A stretch of 32,775 nt of DNA from Acidobacteriota bacterium. Lineage in GTDB: Bacteria > Acidobacteriota > Thermoanaerobaculia > Gp7-AA8. Within the stretch, counting starts at the first letter, position 1. Each line of letters starts with the position of its first letter. A model generated the notes under the pieces. The model made no database searches. It saw only the letters and a list, made by a program, of their open reading frames with translations, and was not told the origin of the DNA. The DNA lies in contig JBKOUP010000528.1 of NCBI GenBank assembly GCA_046723495.1, positions 1-32,775 of the forward strand, given 5' to 3'. The position numbers and the translations under genes are program-made. Positions 25,487 to 32,775 of the stretch are shown in pieces.

Positions 25487-27517
25487 CTATTTCGTTCTGC
25501 AAAGGCAGCGCAGGACTTCCGCCACGCCCCAGGCCTGCGCGGCGCAGCCGCGCGGCGTGTACGGAGGCTCCGCGTCGAAGACCTCGCTGATCGTGCCGAT
25601 GCAGGCGTCGGCGAGGTGAGGTTTGAATCCGTCGAGGAATCGGCGCGCGCCGGCCAGGTCCTTCGGGTGCACCTTGAGCCAGGCGTCGATGAACGGGCCG
25701 ATCAGCCAGCTCCACACCGTGCCCTGGTGGTAGGCGGCGTCGCGGGCGCGGAGATCGCCGTCGTAGGCGGACTTGTAATTCGGATCGCCGCGCGCCAGCG
25801 AGCGGAGGCCCACCGGCGTCACGAGCTCGCGCTCGACGACGTCGACGACGCGCCGCCAGCGGGCCTCGTCGAGGACGGGGAAGTCAAGCGAGACGGCGAA
25901 GATCTGGTTCGGGCGCAGCGACGCGTCGTTGGCGTCGACGACGTCGTAGAGATACTGCCCCTCCTCGTACCAGAAGCGCTCATTGAACGACGTCCGGCAG
26001 CGCCTCGCCAATTCGTCGATGCGCCGGGCGTTGGTCTCGTCGCCCTCGCGCAGCAGCAACTGCTCGAGGATGCGCAGGGCGTTGTAGTAGAGGGCGTTGA
26101 TCTCCACCGCTTTTCCGCGGCGCGGCGTGACCACCCAGTCGCCGACCTTCGCGTCCATCCACGTCAGCTGGTACCCCTCGGCGCCCTGCGCCAAAAGCCC
26201 GTCGGCGGGATCGACGCGGATGTTGAACGACGTCCCGCGCACGTGGTGATCGACGATGTCGAGCAGCCTCGGAATCATCCCGCGCACCGTCTCGCGGTCC
26301 TGCGTCGCGGCGAGGTAGCGCCAGATGGCGTGGAAGAACCACATCGTCGCGTCCGCGGTGTGATAGAGCCCGCCGTGCTCCCCCTCGGGGAAAAGATTCG
26401 GGATCAGCCCGTCGCGGATGTACGAGGCGAACATGCGCAGGATGTTGCCGGCCTCGCGATGCCGCCCCGTGTCGAGCGTGAGGCCCTCGAGGCTGATCAT
26501 CGTGTCGCGGCCCCAGTCGGTGAACCAGTGATAGCCGGCGATGACGGTGCGCGGCTCGTCGCCCATGGCGCGCACGCGGGCCTCGTCGGCGGCGCGCCCG
26601 TGGGGATGGATGATGAACTGGTCGGCGGCGAGGACGAGCTGCTCATCGCTGCGGGCGATGCCGAGGAGGCGCTGGCGGCGCTCGTTCTCGGCGTTCCAGA
26701 CGTCGTCGAAGGGAAGCGCGCTCACGACGTCCCACGACTCGACCGAGGCGATGAACCCCGCGTCCTCCCCGGCCGCGAGATCGATCTTGATCGCGCCCGG
26801 GCTCCAGAGCGCCCCTTCGTGCTCGTAGCCGCGGCTGCGCTCGACGCGATAGAGGACATGGTCGAACGTGCGCACGCTCTGGTCGAGCCGGGCGTCGCGG
26901 CCGAAGAGCTTCAGCCGCAGCAACGGATATTTTTCGCAGCCGTCGTCGAGCTCGAATTCGTTCGCCGTCTGCTCGCGGACCTTCCACTTCGTCGACGGGC
27001 TCTCCGTGACCAGCCCCTCGTGCGGACGGAAATGCAGCGAGGGACGGAGCTGCAGCGTGAGTCCGGGCGGACCTTCGATGAGGCGATAGCAGACGTACGT
27101 CGAGTTCTGCACGTGGGGCATGACCATGCGCTTCTCGATGCGGATGCCGTTCTTCGCGTAGCGCCACACTGGGAGGCCGCGCTCGAGGACGAACTCCTCG
27201 AGGACGTCGGGCTCGGGCCAGTTGACCTCGCGCTTGCCGTACTCGTCGGCGCTGAGGTGCCAGCAGATGCCGGGGCCGCTGACGACTTCCTCGAGGTGGT
27301 TGAACATCATCGTGCGGCCGAGCGGCGCGCGCAGGGCGGCGATGAGGATGCCGTGAAAGCGCCGCGTGGCCACGCCGATGAGCGTGCCGGAGGCGTAGCC
27401 GCCGAGGGCGTTCGTGATCAGCCACTCGCGGGTGACGAGGTGCTCGACGGCCTCGCCGCGGCGCCAGCCGGGCTGAACGGGAGTGGTGGTCGTCGGTTGG
27501 GTGAGCGTCGCGTCCAT
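25487..27517 (-). CDS. Amylo-alpha-1,6-glucosidase / glycogen debranching enzyme
   Basis: EWLITNALGGYASGT, IAGYHWFTDWGRDTMI, LTWMDAK..TPRRGKAVEINAL, YHQGTVW and GC.AQAW motifs. Confidence 0.93.
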   Translation of the reverse strand: MDATLTQPTTTTPVQPGWRRGEAVEHLVTREWLITNALGGYASGTLIGVATRRFHGILIAALRAPLGRTMMFNHLEEVVSGPGICWHLSADEYGKREVNWPEPDVLEEFVLERGLPVWRYAKNGIRIEKRMVMPHVQNSTYVCYRLIEGPPGLTLQLRPSLHFRPHEGLVTESPSTKWKVREQTANEFELDDGCEKYPLLRLKLFGRDARLDQSVRTFDHVLYRVERSRGYEHEGALWSPGAIKIDLAAGEDAGFIASVESWDVVSALPFDDVWNAENERRQRLLGIARSDEQLVLAADQFIIHPHGRAADEARVRAMGDEPRTVIAGYHWFTDWGRDTMISLEGLTLDTGRHREAGNILRMFASYIRDGLIPNLFPEGEHGGLYHTADATMWFFHAIWRYLAATQDRETVRGMIPRLLDIVDHHVRGTSFNIRVDPADGLLAQGAEGYQLTWMDAKVGDWVVTPRRGKAVEINALYYNALRILEQLLLREGDETNARRIDELARRCRTSFNERFWYEEGQYLYDVVDANDASLRPNQIFAVSLDFPVLDEARWRRVVDVVERELVTPVGLRSLARGDPNYKSAYDGDLRARDAAYHQGTVWSWLIGPFIDAWLKVHPKDLAGARRFLDGFKPHLADACIGTISEVFDAEPPYTPRGCAAQAWGVAEVLRCLCRTK

Positions 27518-27543
27518 CAAGCGCGATGCGTGCTGAACTTATG

Positions 27544-27638
27544 CCGGAAGACGGCGCCGTCCCTCAGACTGAAATGGGCGTTCGAGTCTGAAACGCGTCG
27601 GGCGAAGTTTCGTGTGGAAGGACGGCGCCGCGTCCCGG
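27544..27638. repeat. Long imperfect inverted repeat / candidate structured leader
   Basis: ccggaagacggcgccgtccctc pairs with gaaggacggcgccgcgtcccgg; internal stem tcagact/agtctga. Confidence 0.65.
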
Positions 27639-27650
27639 AGGATAACACTG

Positions 27651-28934
27651 CTACCGTAACAGCTCCATCACCGACAGTGTCATGGCCTTCACCGCGCCCC
27701 GCAGCGTCGGCTCCGGCACCGGCGCAAACTGCGACGAATGCAGCGACGGCCGCGGTCCGCCCGCGGCGATGCGCGCCGGATCGACGGCGCCGACGTTGAG
27801 CATCGCCGTCGGAATCTTTCCGCCGAGACCGAAGCGGCCGAAGTCTTCGCTCACCATCAGCGGATTGATCTGCACGACGTTCGTCTCCCCCATCGACGCC
27901 TTGAGCGCCTTGGCCAGGCGCTCGGTCAGCGCCGGATCGTTGTACGTCGACTCGGTCGACTCGCCCTTCAGCACCTCGACGGTGGGCATGCGGTCCGCCG
28001 GCACGCCCGCGGCGGCGGCGACGCCCCTGGCGATGCGCTCGATCGAGGCCAGGACGCGCTGCCGCACCTCCGGCTTGTACGTGCGCACGGTCATGAGCAG
28101 TTGCACCTCGTCGGGGATGACGTTGCGCTTCGTGCCGCCGTGGATCGCACCGACGGTGACGACGGCGGGGTCGAGCGGCGAGTCCTCGCGGCTGACAATG
28201 GTCTGCAGCGCGGTGATGAACTGCGCGGCCATGACGATCGGATCCTTCGTGGCCTCGGGCCGCGCGCCGTGGCCGCCGACACCGTAGATGACGACGTTGA
28301 CGGAGTCGGCGCTGGCCATGAAGTAGCCGGGGCAGTAGCCGATCCGTCCGGCAGGCAGGTCGGCGTTGTCGTGCATGGCGATGGCGTACGTGGGCGTGCC
28401 GAAGCGCGAGTAGAGGTTGTCGTTGAGCATCCCCTCGGCGCCTTTGACGACTTCCTCGGCCGGCTGCCCGACGAGCATGACCGTGCCGTGCCACTTGTCC
28501 TTCATCTGCGCGAGCATCTTGGCCGTGCCGAGGAGCGTGGTGATGTGGATGTCGTGCCCGCAGGCGTGCATGACGCCGGCGTTCTGGCTGGCGTAGGCGA
28601 CGCCGGTGGCCTCGGTGACGGGGAGCGCGTCCATGTCGGTGCGCACGAGGACCGTCGGGCCGTTGCCGTTCTTCAGGACGGCCACGACGCCGTAGCACGT
28701 CGCGTTCGGATCGGCGTATTTGCCGACGTTCTCCGCGACGGTGTAGCCGAGCGAGCGGAGTTGCGCCGCGACGAAGGCGGAGGTCTTGGCCTCCTGCGTC
28801 GACAGCTCCGGCGCCGCGTGCAATTGCTTGTACGTGGCGATGAGCGACGACATCTCCGCGTCGATCCGCTGATCGAGCGACTGCGCGGCGAGCGGAGCGG
28901 CGACGAGGAGGAGGGCGAGGAAGCGGCGTTTCAT
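27651..28934 (-). CDS. M20D family amidohydrolase (hippurate hydrolase-like) with signal peptide
   Basis: LHAAPELS..E, RTDMDALP, MHACGHD, QPAEE, GGHGARP, SEDF and LHS motifs. Confidence 0.93.
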   Translation of the reverse strand: MKRRFLALLLVAAPLAAQSLDQRIDAEMSSLIATYKQLHAAPELSTQEAKTSAFVAAQLRSLGYTVAENVGKYADPNATCYGVVAVLKNGNGPTVLVRTDMDALPVTEATGVAYASQNAGVMHACGHDIHITTLLGTAKMLAQMKDKWHGTVMLVGQPAEEVVKGAEGMLNDNLYSRFGTPTYAIAMHDNADLPAGRIGYCPGYFMASADSVNVVIYGVGGHGARPEATKDPIVMAAQFITALQTIVSREDSPLDPAVVTVGAIHGGTKRNVIPDEVQLLMTVRTYKPEVRQRVLASIERIARGVAAAAGVPADRMPTVEVLKGESTESTYNDPALTERLAKALKASMGETNVVQINPLMVSEDFGRFGLGGKIPTAMLNVGAVDPARIAAGGPRPSLHSSQFAPVPEPTLRGAVKAMTLSVMELLR

Positions 28935-28963
28935 ACGCGGCGAAGCTTACGTCATCGCGCGCA

Positions 28964-29007
28964 GGAACGCCGCCGTCCTGGCGGCTGGCCGAGCGGCGTC
29001 TCGCCGC
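28964..29007. repeat. REP-like tandem GC hairpins downstream of the cytochrome c gene
   Basis: ggaac-gccgcc-gtcct-ggcggc (28969-28985) and gcggcg-tct-cgccgc (28993-29007). Confidence 0.55.
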
Positions 29008-29025
29008 GGGCGGGCGGCGAGGTGC

Positions 29026-29349
29026 TCACTTCGCCTTGATCGTGCGGATGTAAGCGATGAGCGCCTCGATGTCCGCCGTCGACAGCTGCTTGCCATACGG
29101 CGGCATCTTCCCCTTGCCGCCGGCGATGATCTTGGTCAGCTCGATGTCCGTCTGCTTCTGCACCTCGCCCGAGCGGAGGTCGCGGACCTTCATCGCTTTC
29201 CCGGTCGGCGTCTGGCCGGAGCCGGCCGGGCCATGGCACGTGGCGCACTTCGCCTTGTAGACGGCCGCGCCATCGGGGCCGGCGGCCATCGCGGAGCCGG
29301 CGAGGACGAGGGCAAGGGTCGTCACAAGGATCAAAAGACGAGTCTTCAT
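29026..29349 (-). CDS. Monoheme class I cytochrome c
   Basis: Signal peptide, CATCH heme motif, distal Met in GKMPPY; strong SD GGAGAGGAG. Confidence 0.93.
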   Translation of the reverse strand: MKTRLLILVTTLALVLAGSAMAAGPDGAAVYKAKCATCHGPAGSGQTPTGKAMKVRDLRSGEVQKQTDIELTKIIAGGKGKMPPYGKQLSTADIEALIAYIRTIKAK

Positions 29350-29383
29350 CACAAGTTCTCCTCTCCGTAACAACGTGCAACGC

Positions 29384-31627
<2,244 letters not shown>

Positions 31628-31719
31628 GGTGAACGGCAATTATAGGTCCTTCAACATCAGTCATTTGACATCGCCGCGATGTAAACGGTTACTTCCGTCG
31701 TACGGCATAATCGGGCCCG

Positions 31720-32775
31720 ATGTCCAACTGGGAAGTCGTCATCGGCCTGGAGGTCCACGCCCGCCTCCTCACGGCCACGAAAATTTTCTGCGGCTGCGCC
31801 ACCGCCTTCGGCGCCCCGCCGAACTCGCAGGTCTGCCCGGTCTGCCTCGGCTATCCCGGCGCGTTGCCGGTGATGAATCGTCGCGCCGTCGAGCTGGCCG
31901 CGCGCGCGGCGCTGGCCACCGAGTGCGAGGTGCACGAGCAGTCCGTCTTCGCCCGCAAGAATTATTTCTATCCGGATCTGCCGAAGGGCTACCAGATCTC
32001 GCAGTTCGACAAGCCGCTGGCCACGGGCGGCCGCATCGGCGACGTGCGCATCCGCCGCATTCACATGGAGGAGGACGCCGGAAAGTCGATTCACCACGGC
32101 GACGTCTCCTGGGTCGATCTCAATCGCGCCGGCGTGCCGCTCGTGGAGATCGTCTCCGAGCCCGATGTCCGTTCCGCCGAGCACGCCACGCAGTACCTGA
32201 CGCGCCTGCGCCAGATCCTGATGTACACGGAGGTCTGCGACGGGAACATGGAGGAGGGCTCGCTGCGCTGCGACGCGAACGTCTCCGTGCATCGCGCCGG
32301 CGAGCCGCTCGGCACGCGCACGGAGATCAAGAACCTGAACTCCTTCCGCTTCATCCGCGCGGCGGTCGACTTCGAAGTGGCCCGGCAGATCGCCGTGCTC
32401 GAGTCGGGCGGCACGGTCGATCAGGAGACGCGCCTCTTCGATCCCGCGACCGGCGAGACGCGCGTGATGCGCTCGAAGGAAGAGGCCCACGACTACCGCT
32501 ACTTCCCCGATCCCGATCTGCTCACGCTGTCCGTGTCGCGTGAGCTCATCGCACAGACAATCCCCGAGCTGCCGCACCAGCGCGCGGCGCGGTATCAGCG
32601 CGACTTCGAGCTCTCCGAGACGGACGCGGAGGTCCTCGTCGCCACGCGCGAGTTGGCGGAGTACTTCGAGGCTACGGTCGTCGCCGCCGGCAATGCGCGC
32701 GCGGCGGCGAACTGGGTGCGCAACGAGGTGCTGCGCGTCTGGAATGAGTCCAGGGTCACACCCGAAAATCTCGGC
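31720..32775 (+). CDS. gatB: Asp/Glu-tRNA amidotransferase subunit B, truncated by the window edge
   Basis: Read by hand: [66 protein letters not shown] and [10 protein letters not shown]. Open to the end of the window. Confidence 0.97.
   Translation, partial: MSNWEVVIGLEVHARLLTATKIFCGCATAFGAPPNSQVCPVCLGYPGALPVMNRRAVELAARAALATECEVHEQSVFARKNYFYPDLPKGYQISQFDKPLATGGRIGDVRIRRIHMEEDAGKSIHHGDVSWVDLNRAGVPLVEIVSEPDVRSAEHATQYLTRLRQILMYTEVCDGNMEEGSLRCDANVSVHRAGEPLGTRTEIKNLNSFRFIRAAVDFEVARQIAVLESGGTVDQETRLFDPATGETRVMRSKEEAHDYRYFPDPDLLTLSVSRELIAQTIPELPHQRAARYQRDFELSETDAEVLVATRELAEYFEATVVAAGNARAAANWVRNEVLRVWNESRVTPENLG

Noticed and set aside
27564-27595. GTTCGAGTC resembling a tRNA T-loop, and CTGA...GAAA resembling a hammerhead core
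   Set aside because: The flanks (gggcg/ctgaa) cannot form a T-stem and there is no cloverleaf; the CUGANGA core is not matched.
24149-27799. 1216-aa plus-strand ORF and other long antisense ORFs (58-1647, 3685-5772, 29375-31624 and similar)
   Set aside because: They are shadows of well-supported genes on the opposite strand in high-GC DNA, with no motifs and Arg/Ala/Gly-rich composition.

Overview
High-GC bacterial chromosomal segment. The gene set and style suggest Acidobacteriota, possibly Thermoanaerobaculia (inference only). It holds about 33 tightly packed, mostly housekeeping or accessory genes: AarF/UbiB kinase, lptE-lipoprotein-leuS-dtd, a Vgb-like propeller, ssb, hemolysin III, DinB-nagZ-mutS, ACP-fabF, a STAS/class-3 asparaginase ORF, rhodanese-like and DsbA-like proteins, a zincin, GNAT, a beta-barrel, hemW, HD-GYP/roadblock/YHS, NmrA, a debranching enzyme, an M20 amidohydrolase, cytochrome c, a GAF-GGDEF protein and a partial gatB. 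No rRNA, tRNA, CRISPR, transposase or phage genes were seen. The unusual signal lies below gene level. (1) At least six intergenic hairpins are built from tandem heptamers of five different unit types; one appears to encode a lipoprotein signal peptide and several keep the downstream reading frame open. (2) REP/RPE-like palindromes or repeat arms sit in frame inside mutS, hemW and leuS. (3) About 11 genes have a TAnnnT-type -10 box 6-11 nt before the start codon (leaderless signature), including a 20-nt bidirectional promoter. (4) There is a STAS-asparaginase fusion, a 112-nt dual-coding overlap and a structured leader upstream of the debranching gene. All calls come from reading the sequence by eye; no database search was run.
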